Of a stretch of DNA of 64,000 nucleotides, positions 49,858 to 59,677 are shown piece after piece. This DNA is from Acidimicrobiia bacterium. GTDB lineage: Bacteria; Actinomycetota; Acidimicrobiia; Spongiisociales; ZC4RG35. The position numbers were made by a program, and so were the translations under genes. Each line of letters begins with the position of its first letter. The stretch's first letter is position 1. Location: contig OZ242000.1 of assembly GCA_965204615.1 (NCBI GenBank), positions 1,281,803 through 1,345,802 of the forward strand, given 5' to 3'. The notes under the pieces were generated by a model, which ran no database searches, was not told the DNA's origin, and saw only the letters and a program-made list of their open reading frames with translations.

Positions 49858-50088
49858 ATGCGAACCACCGTGCAATTCGACAAGGACACAAGCGCGGCCA
49901 TCAGCCGGTTTCGCCGGGAAACCGGACTGGGAGTCTCTGAGGCAGTCAACCACTTGGTCCGCCGCGGATTGATGAACTTCCCGAAGGCGGTTCCCTGCAG
50001 CCAGCCGACACATCACCTTGGATTGAAGACAGAGGTCTCCAACGTCGCCGAGGCGCTGGAGCGGTTGGAAGGCCCGTCATTCGGGTAA
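49858..50088 (+). CDS. ribbon-helix-helix antitoxin (VapB/CopG-like) of a type II TA pair
   Basis: 76 aa; MRTTVQFDKDTSAAISRFRRETGLGVSEAVNHLVRRGL RHH pattern; followed by overlapping PIN-toxin remnant. Confidence 0.6.
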   Translation: MRTTVQFDKDTSAAISRFRRETGLGVSEAVNHLVRRGLMNFPKAVPCSQPTHHLGLKTEVSNVAEALERLEGPSFG

Positions 50089-50101
50089 AGAAGAACGGAT
50101 A

Positions 50102-50368
50102 CCGGTCGACACCAACGCACTGCTGCATTCGGTGGACGAGTCGACTCCCTTCCACCGGGCTAGCCGTTCGTGGATGGTGGCCCACCTCAAAGCAGATCAC
50201 CTGGATCAACCCTGTCTGGACGGAGAACACATAGGGCACCCCACTCCAACATCCCCGGGCAAAGCGTCCGGAGAGGCGGGACACACCTTTGCCCTGCCTC
50301 TCCGAAGGCTGGAATTATCGGTTGTGGTCGGCCTCTCTCAGCGTCTCGTAACTGTCAGGAGGCGATGA
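50102..50368 (+). pseudogene. VapC-like PIN-domain toxin remnant (no canonical start; diverges and terminates at the IS1182 boundary)
   Basis: In-frame PVDTNALLHSVDESTPFHRASRSWMVAHL matches the conserved VapC N-terminus (DTN…SP.H..A..WL) but no ATG/GTG/TTG precedes the catalytic Asp; downstream sequence lacks PIN motifs and stops 1 nt before the IS inverted repeat. Confidence 0.45.
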
Positions 50369-52132
50369 CTAGGAGGCTGCTGAGTATTGGTGTTGGTGGG
50401 TGGGGTGTTGGTGGTCTGAGGCCGGGTGTTTGGTTTTCTCCATTGTGGTGTTTCTTCCCTTGGAGAGCGCATGTGGAGACGGTCGGGGGCGGGTTACAGC
50501 GGGTTAGGTGGGTTTGGTGGCCCAGCCGGTGGGCGTGTGACAGAGTCCGAGGTTGATGAGGCGTCGTAGGTTGATTGCGGCGATCCGGGTGTGGAGTTGT
50601 TGTCGGTTGGGTTCTATGCCCCGGTATCTGAGTTTTCGGTTCCCTCGGGCGACGATGTGAGCGATGATCCGTTCCACTGATGGTCGCCAACGGTTGTAAA
50701 AGGCGACGGTTTCGGGTTGTTTCCATCGTTGTCTGGCCCGGTCGAGCTGCCGATGGTGGGGGTGGATCTGTAGGTGCCGTCCTGTTTTGCTGGTGGTGCA
50801 ACGACTCCGGTAGGGACAGTCGGTACAGACCGCTCTGAAACGGACCCGTCCCGTCGATCCGATGGTGGCGGTGTTACCGGCCGGGCAGGTCACCTGCCCT
50901 TGTTCGGGATCGATCACAAAGTCGTCTCGGGTGAACTGGTCGGCTCCCAACCGAGGGTTGCGTCTCTCGGGTATGGGCTTGATCGTGGCCCGGTGACCGG
51001 CCTCGGCCAAGGCCGCTCGAACCTCGCCCGACCCGTAGGCGGAATCGGCGACAACCTCGGTACCCGGTTCGTCTTCCAGCATGCCCACACCGGTGGTACC
51101 GTCCGGGGCGGTGGCCGAGGTGATCTCACAAGAAGTGACGATCCCCGTTTCGGGCTCGGCCACGATATGTGCTTTGTAACCGTCCCGACGCTGCGAAGAC
51201 GTTTTACGTCCGTGACGAGCCTGCGGATCAACGACCGAGATCGTCCGATCCGAAGCGACCCGGCGGGCGATCCTCCATCTGCCCGGCCGATCAGGATCGG
51301 GTTCCACGTCCTGGCCGACCACCACCCCTAACAAACCCACCGCTTCTGACTGTCGATCATCCAGATCAATGTCCCTAACTGCTTCCAGCACCGCCAGCCC
51401 ATCGGTCACCAAACCGTTGATCAACTCCGAGCGACTGTCCGGGTCCGACCAATCACAGGATGGCTTGCTCCCTTGGTTGTAATCATGGGACAACACCACC
51501 TCACGCGCTTGGGGGATCAGACGGCGGCACTTGCGAATCTGGGATGTGATCATGGTCACTGTGTCCTGGGTGACCACCGCATCATCCAAAACCGTGGAGT
51601 CCAACACCCGGCGGGTGCGACCCGACAACACCCCCGTCTGGTCCACCACCCTCCTAACCGCCTCGAATATCCGCTCCGGCGCCCTACTGTTTCTCAGTCT
51701 CGCCCGCCACAATGTCAACACCGTGGGATGAAACCCCTCATCGGTCAACGACAACCCCGCGGCGGCTTTCCAACGAATATCACACCGCAACCGACCGATC
51801 GCTTCCCGATCCGACAGGCCTTCCAACGCCTGTAACACCATCACCGTCGCCACCACCGACCCTGGAACCGATCGACGACCCCGCGGACCGAACAGATCCT
51901 CGAACATCCCATCCGGGAACACTGTCTTGCGGTGCTCGGCCAAAAACCGATGAACCGACCCTTCAGGAACCAGATCACCACACACCGCCATCGCGTCCAA
52001 CAACTGCCGATCAAAACGTTCACTACCCAACATACCCCGAATTATCTCACAACCCACCCCCCAACACCAGCATTCACCAACCCCACCCACCCGAATAAAT
52101 CAGCAGCCTCCTAGGGTATCGTTCTTCCTGAT
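50362..52132 (-). mobile_element. IS1182-family insertion sequence (~1.77 kb)
   Basis: Single 509-528-aa transposase; imperfect terminal inverted repeats CGAT(G/A)..CTAGGAGGCTGCTGA….GGTGGGTGGGGT at 50362-50410 and (reverse) 52075-52132. Confidence 0.7.
50504..52033 (-). CDS. IS1182-family DDE transposase
   Basis: N-terminal FLAEHRKTVFPDGMFEDLF and C-terminal AINLRRLINLGL segments characteristic of IS1182-family transposases; ATG 52033 (frame opens at 52090). Confidence 0.8.
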   Translation of the reverse strand: MLGSERFDRQLLDAMAVCGDLVPEGSVHRFLAEHRKTVFPDGMFEDLFGPRGRRSVPGSVVATVMVLQALEGLSDREAIGRLRCDIRWKAAAGLSLTDEGFHPTVLTLWRARLRNSRAPERIFEAVRRVVDQTGVLSGRTRRVLDSTVLDDAVVTQDTVTMITSQIRKCRRLIPQAREVVLSHDYNQGSKPSCDWSDPDSRSELINGLVTDGLAVLEAVRDIDLDDRQSEAVGLLGVVVGQDVEPDPDRPGRWRIARRVASDRTISVVDPQARHGRKTSSQRRDGYKAHIVAEPETGIVTSCEITSATAPDGTTGVGMLEDEPGTEVVADSAYGSGEVRAALAEAGHRATIKPIPERRNPRLGADQFTRDDFVIDPEQGQVTCPAGNTATIGSTGRVRFRAVCTDCPYRSRCTTSKTGRHLQIHPHHRQLDRARQRWKQPETVAFYNRWRPSVERIIAHIVARGNRKLRYRGIEPNRQQLHTRIAAINLRRLINLGLCHTPTGWATKPT

Positions 52133-52822
52133 CAAAACCGCCCCGAAGACGATTATCCAGACCACCTGGACCAGTGCAACAAGGTTGCCTGCGAAGAAAA
52201 CGGCGAAGATGCCGCTGTCCAGGAACGGCGCCAAGAGCAGGAGGAACGGCCCCACCACCGCCGGGCCTATCACCAGGAGACCGGTCAGGAGGTTGTTCGA
52301 TCCCATCAGATCGGCATTCATAACGGAAGTGGCGAAGAGCGCCACCCCGGCCAGGTTGAGAATGGTGGCAAAGACCGAGAAGGACCCCTCCATCACCAGG
52401 AACATCACGGCGGTGTCCAGGCCTGGTCCGGCGTCCAATGCGCCGGCCGGGGCAAAGTTGATAGTGGTGGCCAGCAGGAGACCCATTGCGAAGGATGCAG
52501 TGCGGACCGCCAAGGCAATCCCAAGGATCATCAATCCGGCTTTCCGCAGGTGTGCGCGACCATCTTCGCTCGACATGAATCGATCGACGCACCAAAACCC
52601 GAACAACAGGCCGAAGGAAGCAATGAACCCTATGTCGACCAACAGTTGGACGAACGTGCCGTTCGACGCGGCCGAGTGGACTCCCGACTGCATGGCGGCC
52701 TGAACGCCCTCCACGTGGTCGCTCGGGAAACTACCTGGCCGGCCGATGCTGACCAGCAGGTCCACGAGCGGCCCGATCAGCAGGAGAATCCCAGCTAATT
52801 TGGCTATTTTTGCGGTAGACAC
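52100..52822 (-). CDS. hypothetical integral membrane protein (6-7 predicted TM helices); last 5 codons and stop supplied by the IS1182 terminal repeat
   Basis: GTG 52822 with GGAAAGGGG RBS; highly hydrophobic 240-aa ORF; C-terminal …TLGGC* encoded by CTAGGAGGCTGCTGA of the IS end. Confidence 0.6.
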   Translation of the reverse strand: MSTAKIAKLAGILLLIGPLVDLLVSIGRPGSFPSDHVEGVQAAMQSGVHSAASNGTFVQLLVDIGFIASFGLLFGFWCVDRFMSSEDGRAHLRKAGLMILGIALAVRTASFAMGLLLATTINFAPAGALDAGPGLDTAVMFLVMEGSFSVFATILNLAGVALFATSVMNADLMGSNNLLTGLLVIGPAVVGPFLLLLAPFLDSGIFAVFFAGNLVALVQVVWIIVFGAVLIRKNDTLGGC

Positions 52823-53076
52823 GGTACAACCCCTTTCCTAGAAGCACTCCATCGTCCGGCGCCACCCTCGGTGGTGGACACCAGTCCTCGCTTTCCATGG
52901 ATGGTACATCGCAGAGAGCCTCCGCGCGGGCCTTCCATCCACCGGAGTCGAGGGGTTTGGTCCGTGGTGGCGTGGTGGCGGGCGCGGCCCTTGTGAGCGG
53001 ACACCGAGCAAGCCTATTCTGGGGTGTTAGACCTCGGCCAACAAAGCCCGCCCGCGCCGAGTCGCAAAGGAGTTGG

Positions 53077-53889
53077 ATGATGACGGTAGTCGATTTGAGG
53101 ACTCTCATGGGAAGTACGGTCGTGGATCTGGCCCACACGTGGTTCCGCGGTATGCCCGCCTCCCCCAACCAACCCCCCTTCCAGTTGGCGATGGTCAAGC
53201 GCCACGGCGATGACGTCAAGCCGGACGGACAGTCGGCCGCCAGCGAGATATTCGTGATGAGCGGGCATGTGGGAACCCACATCGACGGCATCTGCCACGT
53301 CTCCCAGGACGGCCTGATGCACGGAGGCGTGACGCCCGTCATACCCACCACCGGGCAGGGTTACACGGAGTTGGGGATGGAGACGGTGAAGCCCTTCTTC
53401 TGTCGAGGGGTGCTCCTGGACGTGGCCCGGGTTCACTCCGCGAAGCGTCTGGAACCCGCCTACGAGATCACCGCCTCCGATCTCTCCGCAGCCGAAGAGT
53501 TGGCGGGGACAACGGTAAGGGCCGGCGACGTGGCGCTCCTCCACACCGGATGGAACACCCTGTGGGACGACCCGGTGGCATTCGGAGGCGCGGCTCACGG
53601 CACCCCCGGGCCGGGGATGGAGGCGGCCGAGTGGCTGGCCCGGAGGGGTGTGCGGGCGGTTGGCGCGGAGACAATCGGCTTCGAGGTGATCAACCCGGAT
53701 GTCGGCTTGAGTTCCCTGCCCATCCACCGGCGTCTCCTGGTGGAAGACGGCATCCACCTCTTCGAGGTGATGAACCTGGGACCGCTGGCCGCCCACCGAG
53801 CCGGAGAGTTCCTGTTCGTGGCTCTGCCTCTGACACTGGTCGGCGCCACCGGTTCGCCGGTCAGACCGGTCGCGGTCCTCTTCGACTGA
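53077..53889 (+). CDS. cyclase-family protein (kynurenine-formamidase-like metal hydrolase)
   Basis: ATG 53077 with AAGGAG RBS; SGHVGTHIDGICH metal-binding motif of the putative-cyclase family. Confidence 0.8.
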   Translation: MMTVVDLRTLMGSTVVDLAHTWFRGMPASPNQPPFQLAMVKRHGDDVKPDGQSAASEIFVMSGHVGTHIDGICHVSQDGLMHGGVTPVIPTTGQGYTELGMETVKPFFCRGVLLDVARVHSAKRLEPAYEITASDLSAAEELAGTTVRAGDVALLHTGWNTLWDDPVAFGGAAHGTPGPGMEAAEWLARRGVRAVGAETIGFEVINPDVGLSSLPIHRRLLVEDGIHLFEVMNLGPLAAHRAGEFLFVALPLTLVGATGSPVRPVAVLFD

Positions 53890-54099
53890 TTCGGCCCCCT
53901 CACCCGGTCCGCGTCGTCGTCGGTCAATCCGGCCCGCCGGCAGCCCACTCCTCTGCGGGATCCTCAAGGTCCATCCAACACAGCGACAGACCCGCATCCA
54001 CAGTCTGTGGGGAGGCATGAATCGAGTCATAGAATGTGTCCACATGGAGTCGACGATGTCGCGCAGCCCCAACTCCGAGTTGATCGGGCGGCGCCGGCG

Positions 54100-55293
54100 G
54101 TGAGCGGCCCGTTGCAGGGAGTCCGGGTGATCGACATCGCCAACCTGTTCGCCGGCCCCACCGCGGCCACCGTCCTGGCCGACTACGGAGCGTCGGTGAT
54201 CAAGGTGGAACACCCCCGGGGAGACCCGGTCCGCAATCACGGGTTTTCCAAGGACGGAGTGCCCCTGTGGTGGAAGACGCTCAACCGCAACAAGCAGGCC
54301 ATCACCCTGAACCTCTCCACGCCCCAGGGCCAGGACCTTTTGCTGCGCCTGGTTGCGGAGGCCGACGTGCTCATAGAGAACTTCCGGCCGGGGACACTCG
54401 AGAGATGGAATCTGGCGCCCGAGATCCTGATGGAGACCAATCCGGGCCTGGTGATAGCCCGGGTGAGCGGGTTCGGGCAGTTCGGCCCCTATTCCCGGCG
54501 CCCCGGCTTCGGCACCCTGGCCGAATCGATGAGCGGCTTCGCCGCCCTCACCGGCCACCCTGACGACCCTCCCACCCTTCCTCCCTTCGGACTGGCCGAC
54601 GGGATAGCGGGCCTCAGCGTTGCGTCCGCCGTACTGATGGCCATCCTGCACCGGGACCGGAGCGACGAGGGTCGAGGACAGGTGATCGACTGCGCCATCA
54701 TCGAACCGATCATGGCGATGCTGGGCCCTCACGCCCTGGTCTATGACCAACTTGGAATCGTCCAGCCGCGCACCGGGAACCGGTCGGCCGAGAACGCACC
54801 CCGCAACACCTACCTGACCCGCGACAACCGGTGGGTGGCGATCTCGACCAGCGCCCAGAGCATCGCCGAGCGGGTCATGCGACTGGTGGGCTTTCCCGAA
54901 CTGATCGAGGAGCCGTGGTTTGCCTCCGCGCAGGAACGCGCCAAGCGGGCCGACCTCCTTGACAAATGCGTCGGCGACTGGATCGCCCGGCGGGACCTGG
55001 AGGAGGTGGTGGAGGAATTCACGGCTGCCGATGCGGCCGTGGCGCCCATCTACGACATCACCCAGATCCTGGAGGACCCCCAGTACCGGGCGCTTGACTC
55101 CATCACCGAGGTGGACGATCCCGATTTGGGGAGGATCAGGATGCAGAACGTCCTGTTCCGCATGTCGGAGACCCCCGGCGAAGTCCGCTGGGGCGGGCGT
55201 GCCCGGGGAGCGGACAACCGCCGGGTCTACTGTGAGGAACTGGGCGTGACCGAAGAGGAACTGGCGGAACTGGAGCGAGCGGGAGTGGTGTGA
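54100..55293 (+). CDS. CoA-transferase family III (CaiB/BaiF) protein
   Basis: PLQGVRVIDIANLFAGP…IKVE N-terminal pattern and FRPG motif; start assigned to in-frame GTG 54100 (uncertain; ORF frame opens at 54007). Confidence 0.75.
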   Translation: MSGPLQGVRVIDIANLFAGPTAATVLADYGASVIKVEHPRGDPVRNHGFSKDGVPLWWKTLNRNKQAITLNLSTPQGQDLLLRLVAEADVLIENFRPGTLERWNLAPEILMETNPGLVIARVSGFGQFGPYSRRPGFGTLAESMSGFAALTGHPDDPPTLPPFGLADGIAGLSVASAVLMAILHRDRSDEGRGQVIDCAIIEPIMAMLGPHALVYDQLGIVQPRTGNRSAENAPRNTYLTRDNRWVAISTSAQSIAERVMRLVGFPELIEEPWFASAQERAKRADLLDKCVGDWIARRDLEEVVEEFTAADAAVAPIYDITQILEDPQYRALDSITEVDDPDLGRIRMQNVLFRMSETPGEVRWGGRARGADNRRVYCEELGVTEEELAELERAGVV

Positions 55294-55346
55294 CCACCCC
55301 GGGACGCCTCAGATCACATCCCTGAAGCAGGCGGATCGGGGTGTGA

Positions 55347-56597
55347 TCAACCCCCGGGCATGGGGTCGAAGTCCATGCCCAACTCGGCCTTGCCGAGGTG
55401 TTCTTCCATCTCCGGCGCCTTGAAGATGATGGCGGTCTGCGCCAGCAGGTCTCGGTACAGCCTCTCATACGGCTTGGCCGCCACGATCCCGTGCGCCCCG
55501 GCCAGCCGGAAGGACTCCCGGGCCACGCCCTCGGTCATCCTCCGTACGTGGTAGAGGGCCAACAGGCTGATCCAAGCCCGCTTTTCCTGGGGAAAGTGGG
55601 GATCGGACAGCTTGGCGGCGGTGTCATCCAGCACCGTGGAGGCGGTGCGAACCCAGAAGCTCATCCTCCCGTAGGTGGACTGCGCCCATCCCACGTCGGC
55701 CCGGGAAAGAGCCACCTGGCCCTTGATGGCGACCGCGATCCCGCCCTTGCGCTTGCGAAGGTAATCGGCCAGGTAGTCGAGGATCCGACGGCAATGACCC
55801 ACCTGCATCCCCCCGCTGGAGAGATTGAGCAGGCCGAACGCCATGTGCTGGACTTCCCCTTCGTCGTCGGTGAACGTGGCCTGGGGCTGGTCGAGGTCCC
55901 GCACCATGGCGTACTTGTCGGCAACGAAGGCGTTCTCGATGGTCACCGAATTGGTGGCGGTCCCCCGCAGACCCATCGCGTTCCAGTCGTCATGGATGAT
56001 CATGCCGGGCGTCCCCACCGGAACGAACATCACCAGCAGCTTTCGCCCCACCAACTCTCCCTGCTCGTCCACCACCGAGGCAATGGTCCCCACGTAGGTG
56101 GCGCCGTCGGAGTTGGTGGCGAATCCCACCCGGCCGCCGCCCAGCCATCCCCCGTCCACCCGACGGAACCGGGCGCCCACCTTGGTGACGTCCAACTCAT
56201 CGGAAGGCGCCGAGGCGGCCCCGCAGAACATGGACTGGTTCTCGGCGCAGTCCCGAAGGAGGGCGGCCATGTTCTCGTCCGCGAACGCGTACGGGCCGAT
56301 CAGGTCGAGCGCCGACCAGTGCATGTTGGTGCAGGCGGCCGAGACCGGGTCGCCGTAGGCGATCGCCTCCGCCACCTTGGTGCGGGTGGCGATGTTGTGA
56401 CCGGCCCCTCCGAACTGCGGATGGATTGCCATCGAAGGCACCCCCACAGACTTGAGGGCCGCCATGTTCTCGAAGGGATAGCGCGATTCGCGGTCGTTCC
56501 GGGCGGCTCTGCCGAAGAAGTCCTCCTCGCTAACCACCTTTTGCACAAGGTTTACGTACTCGTGATCAATCACTGAAGGGCTGCCGGTAACACTCAT
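55347..56597 (-). CDS. acyl-CoA dehydrogenase family protein
   Basis: ~416 aa; three-domain ACAD layout with C-terminal …YERLYRDLLAQTAIIFKAPEMEEHLGKAELG; start ATG 56597 or TTG 56621. Confidence 0.7.
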   Translation of the reverse strand: MSVTGSPSVIDHEYVNLVQKVVSEEDFFGRAARNDRESRYPFENMAALKSVGVPSMAIHPQFGGAGHNIATRTKVAEAIAYGDPVSAACTNMHWSALDLIGPYAFADENMAALLRDCAENQSMFCGAASAPSDELDVTKVGARFRRVDGGWLGGGRVGFATNSDGATYVGTIASVVDEQGELVGRKLLVMFVPVGTPGMIIHDDWNAMGLRGTATNSVTIENAFVADKYAMVRDLDQPQATFTDDEGEVQHMAFGLLNLSSGGMQVGHCRRILDYLADYLRKRKGGIAVAIKGQVALSRADVGWAQSTYGRMSFWVRTASTVLDDTAAKLSDPHFPQEKRAWISLLALYHVRRMTEGVARESFRLAGAHGIVAAKPYERLYRDLLAQTAIIFKAPEMEEHLGKAELGMDFDPMPGG

Positions 56598-56741
56598 CCG
56601 GTGGAGATTAGCGGACGGCAAAGGCGGCCGGATCGATGACTGCTCCCCACCCGGGATGTGAAAAACGTCACCCTAAAGGACTTGCAATCCCCCGTTGGGA
56701 TCCGACATGTGACATCCATCAACATGAAAGGACTACATAAA

Positions 56742-57203
56742 ATGTCGGGCATGGAGGTGACGATCAGCCTGTTCGGTTTCTTGGCTCTCACCCAGTTGTT
56801 CACGATCGGCCTGCTGTGGCGAACCAATCTCCACATCCATGCCCGACTCGACGCCGTGGCCGCCGAACTGAGAGCGGAAGTACGCGCCTTAGCCGGCGAA
56901 ATGCGAAACGAATTCCGACGTGTGGACCAACGGCTCGGCAAGATGGAGCACAGGCTCGGTAACGTGGAAAACCGGCTCGACAATGTGGAAACCCGGCTCG
57001 GTAACGTAGAAAACCGGCTCGACAATGTGGAAACCCGGCTCGGTAACGTAGAAAACCGGCTCGGTGACGTGGAGAACCGGCTCGGTGACGTGGAAACCCG
57101 GCTCGATAACGTGGAATACCGCCTCGGTGATGTGGAACAGACAGTCAGCCAGATGGGACAGAGGCTCAGCCGAGTTGAGGAACCCTCCGCCATCAAGGTC
57201 TGA
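56742..57203 (+). CDS. membrane-anchored coiled-coil protein with nine tandem heptads RL(G/D)(N/D)VE(N/T)
   Basis: ATG 56742 with AAAGGA RBS; single N-terminal TM helix (VTISLFGFLALTQLFTIGLLW); AT-richer than surroundings; heptads encoded by 21-bp tandem DNA repeats. Confidence 0.6.
   Translation: MSGMEVTISLFGFLALTQLFTIGLLWRTNLHIHARLDAVAAELRAEVRALAGEMRNEFRRVDQRLGKMEHRLGNVENRLDNVETRLGNVENRLDNVETRLGNVENRLGDVENRLGDVETRLDNVEYRLGDVEQTVSQMGQRLSRVEEPSAIKV
56952..57140 (+). repeat. 9 x 21-bp near-perfect in-frame tandem repeat (CGGCTCGGTAACGTGGAAAAC consensus)
   Basis: Read directly; units differ by 1-4 substitutions. Confidence 0.9.
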
Positions 57204-57221
57204 TTCCCCACCCGACCTTAC

Positions 57222-58523
57222 TCAGGCGAACTGCATCACTTCGGTGGATCCCGCCAGTGCGAGGGTGGACGCCTCGCCGCCGGTCACCACCTGCATGACC
57301 CGGTCGAAATAGCCCGCACCGACCTCCGCCTGGTGTCGCGTGGCCGTGTAGCCATGAACCTCCGAGGCAAACTCCCGGTTCTGAAGGCGGCTGTAGGCAG
57401 CCATTCCTTCAGCGTCGTAGGCTCGGGCCAACTCGAAGGTGTGGTGATTGACCACATGCCATCCGGCCAGTGTGATGAACTGGAACCGGTATCCCATCTC
57501 GGCGAGTTCATCCTGGAATCGGGCGATCTCGCGGTTGCTGAGATGCTGCCTCCAGTTGAACGACGGCGAGCAGTTGTAGGCCAGCAGCTTCCCGGGGTAC
57601 CTGGAGTGGATTGCCTCCGCGAAACGCGCCGCCTCCTCCAGGTCCGGCTCGGAAGTCTCACACCACAGGATGTCGGCGTAGGGCGCGTAGGCCAGGGCCC
57701 GAGCGGTGGCGGCCTCCATGCCGCCGCGCACCGCGTGATACCCCTCGGGGGTTCGCTCGCCGGTGAGAAACGGGTGATCGCGCTCATCGACGTCGCTCAT
57801 CAGCAGATTCGCATCGCGGGCATCGGTCCGGGCAACCAGGACCGTGGGGATGTCCATCACATCGGCCGCCAGGCGGGCGGCGGTCAGGGTGCGGATGAAC
57901 TGGGAGGTGGGCACCAGGACCTTGCCGCCCATGTGGCCGCACTTCTTCTCCGATGCCAACTGGTCCTCGAAGTGGATCCCCGACGCTCCGGCTTCGATCA
58001 TCGACTTGGTCAATTCGTAGCTGTGAATGGGTCCGCCGAAACCGGCCTCCGCGTCCGCCACGATCGGCGCCAACCACCGCCCGTCCCGCTCTCCGTTCAG
58101 GTGGGCGATCTGATCGGCGCGGATCAATGCGCTGTTGATGCGTCTGATCAGATTGGGGACGCTGTTGGAGGGATAGAGACTCTGGTCCGGGTAGGTCTGT
58201 CCGGACAGGTTGGCGTCGGCGGCCACCTGCCAGCCGCTTAGGTATATGGCTTTCAGTCCGGCCTTGACCATCTGCACGGCCTGTGAGCCGGTCAGGGCGC
58301 CGAAGGTGCGAACAGAAGGCTCGGTGTGGAGCAACTTCCAGAGCCGCTCCGCTCCAATTCGGGCGAGGGTGTGTTCGATCCGGAAACTCCCGCGGAGCGC
58401 CAGGACATCCTCAGGCGAGTAGTCCCGCTCGATGCCCTGCCACCGCTCCTCGAGGTCCCACCGGATCCGGAGTTCTCCTGCTACAGCGGAAAACCCGTTG
58501 TGGCCATCAATCGACATGATCAT
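57222..58523 (-). CDS. aceA: isocitrate lyase
   Basis: 433 aa; catalytic KKCGHMGGK motif and full ICL architecture. Confidence 0.9.
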   Translation of the reverse strand: MIMSIDGHNGFSAVAGELRIRWDLEERWQGIERDYSPEDVLALRGSFRIEHTLARIGAERLWKLLHTEPSVRTFGALTGSQAVQMVKAGLKAIYLSGWQVAADANLSGQTYPDQSLYPSNSVPNLIRRINSALIRADQIAHLNGERDGRWLAPIVADAEAGFGGPIHSYELTKSMIEAGASGIHFEDQLASEKKCGHMGGKVLVPTSQFIRTLTAARLAADVMDIPTVLVARTDARDANLLMSDVDERDHPFLTGERTPEGYHAVRGGMEAATARALAYAPYADILWCETSEPDLEEAARFAEAIHSRYPGKLLAYNCSPSFNWRQHLSNREIARFQDELAEMGYRFQFITLAGWHVVNHHTFELARAYDAEGMAAYSRLQNREFASEVHGYTATRHQAEVGAGYFDRVMQVVTGGEASTLALAGSTEVMQFA

Positions 58524-58679
58524 CGTCCTCCTTTGGCATTACGGGTTCGGCTGTCCTGGGATGCGCGCCGTCTGCTGTCCGCCTCGTTCGGTTGACGGGT
58601 GGGGGATGTGCAGAGCGTCACAAGACAAGTGTGGGTCAAATCGAGTGATAGGACTAGACCCTAATTTCATATCAGCGCG

Positions 58680-58694
58680 ATAGGGCATAGCTAT
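58680..58694. promoter_or_regulatory. candidate LysR-type T-N11-A box (ATAG-N7-CTAT) in the aceA / LysR divergent region
   Basis: ATAGGGCATAGCTAT palindrome 22 nt upstream of the LysR start. Confidence 0.3.
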
Positions 58695-58716
58695 CATTCA
58701 CAGGGAGAGGCACAGA

Positions 58717-59631
58717 ATGGAACTGACCCAACTCCAATCCTTTCTGGAAGCGGCCAGATCGGGCAGCTTTCGCAGCGCCGCCCGGGCGCTCTATCTGAGC
58801 CAGCCGTCGCTGAGCGGGAGGATCAGGGCGCTGGAGCGGGAGTTGCGGGCGCCGCTCTTCCATCGCCACGGCCGGGGCGTGAGGCTCACCGAAGCCGGCG
58901 AGGCGTTCCGTCCGTTCGTCGAGCAGGCGCTCGAGACACTCGATCTGGGCAGCGAAGCGGTCCGCAACACCCAGGAGTCCCAGAGGCGGACCATCACCAT
59001 CGGCTCGGCGCGGATCATCGGCACCTACATCCTCCCGCCGGTCCTCGAGCGCTTCCAGCACCGCCATCCCCGGGTCTCGGCTCGCATCCGCACCGGTCGC
59101 TCCTCCGACGTGATAGAGATGGTGGCCAACGGTGTGGTGGGCATCGGCCTGTCCAGGGGGATCAACCACCCCGACGTCTTCTCCATGCATCTCTACGACG
59201 AGCCGATCGTGCTGGTCACCTACCCTGACCATCCCTTCGGCGACCGGGGACACGCCCACCTCTCGGAGGTGGCCAGACAGCCCCTGATTCTCTACGATCC
59301 CGGTTCCACCTACTTCCTGCTGATCAACCAGGCCTGCCGTGAGGCGGGGATCGTGCCCCAGATAGAGACGATGCTCGACAACATCGAGGCGACCAAGCGC
59401 ATGGTCGCCCTGGGACTGGGCATCTCTTTTCTGCCCCACAGCGCCATCCTCTCCGAAATCGAGCAGGGAACGCTCCGGCACATCGAGTTGAAGGGAGACC
59501 AGCAGGTCCATCTCCCCACTCATGTCCTGGTACGCCGGGCACAGCACTACAGCGCTCCCCTTCTCGCCTTCCTCAAACTGCTGCGTGAGATCTACGGATG
59601 CGATGTCTCCGAGGTGGTCGGGAGTTCATAG
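58717..59631 (+). CDS. LysR-family transcriptional regulator
   Basis: 304 aa; N-terminal HTH (FRSAARALYLSQPSLSGRIRALE) and LysR substrate-binding domain; divergent from aceA. Confidence 0.85.
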   Translation: MELTQLQSFLEAARSGSFRSAARALYLSQPSLSGRIRALERELRAPLFHRHGRGVRLTEAGEAFRPFVEQALETLDLGSEAVRNTQESQRRTITIGSARIIGTYILPPVLERFQHRHPRVSARIRTGRSSDVIEMVANGVVGIGLSRGINHPDVFSMHLYDEPIVLVTYPDHPFGDRGHAHLSEVARQPLILYDPGSTYFLLINQACREAGIVPQIETMLDNIEATKRMVALGLGISFLPHSAILSEIEQGTLRHIELKGDQQVHLPTHVLVRRAQHYSAPLLAFLKLLREIYGCDVSEVVGSS

Positions 59632-59677
59632 CGACAGGGAGTCCTCGAATCCATGTCGCCTATTACCCTCCGACTTG

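Noticed and set aside
50170-50556. 128-aa plus-strand ORF crossing the IS1182 left boundary
   Set aside because: It fuses the VapC-remnant flank with the IS terminal repeat in a Gly/Trp/Arg-rich frame. Artefact of the insertion.
56952-57140. Regular 21-bp repeats that could be mistaken for a CRISPR array
   Set aside because: Repeats are directly adjacent with no spacers and are in-frame codons of a heptad-repeat protein. No cas genes are nearby.
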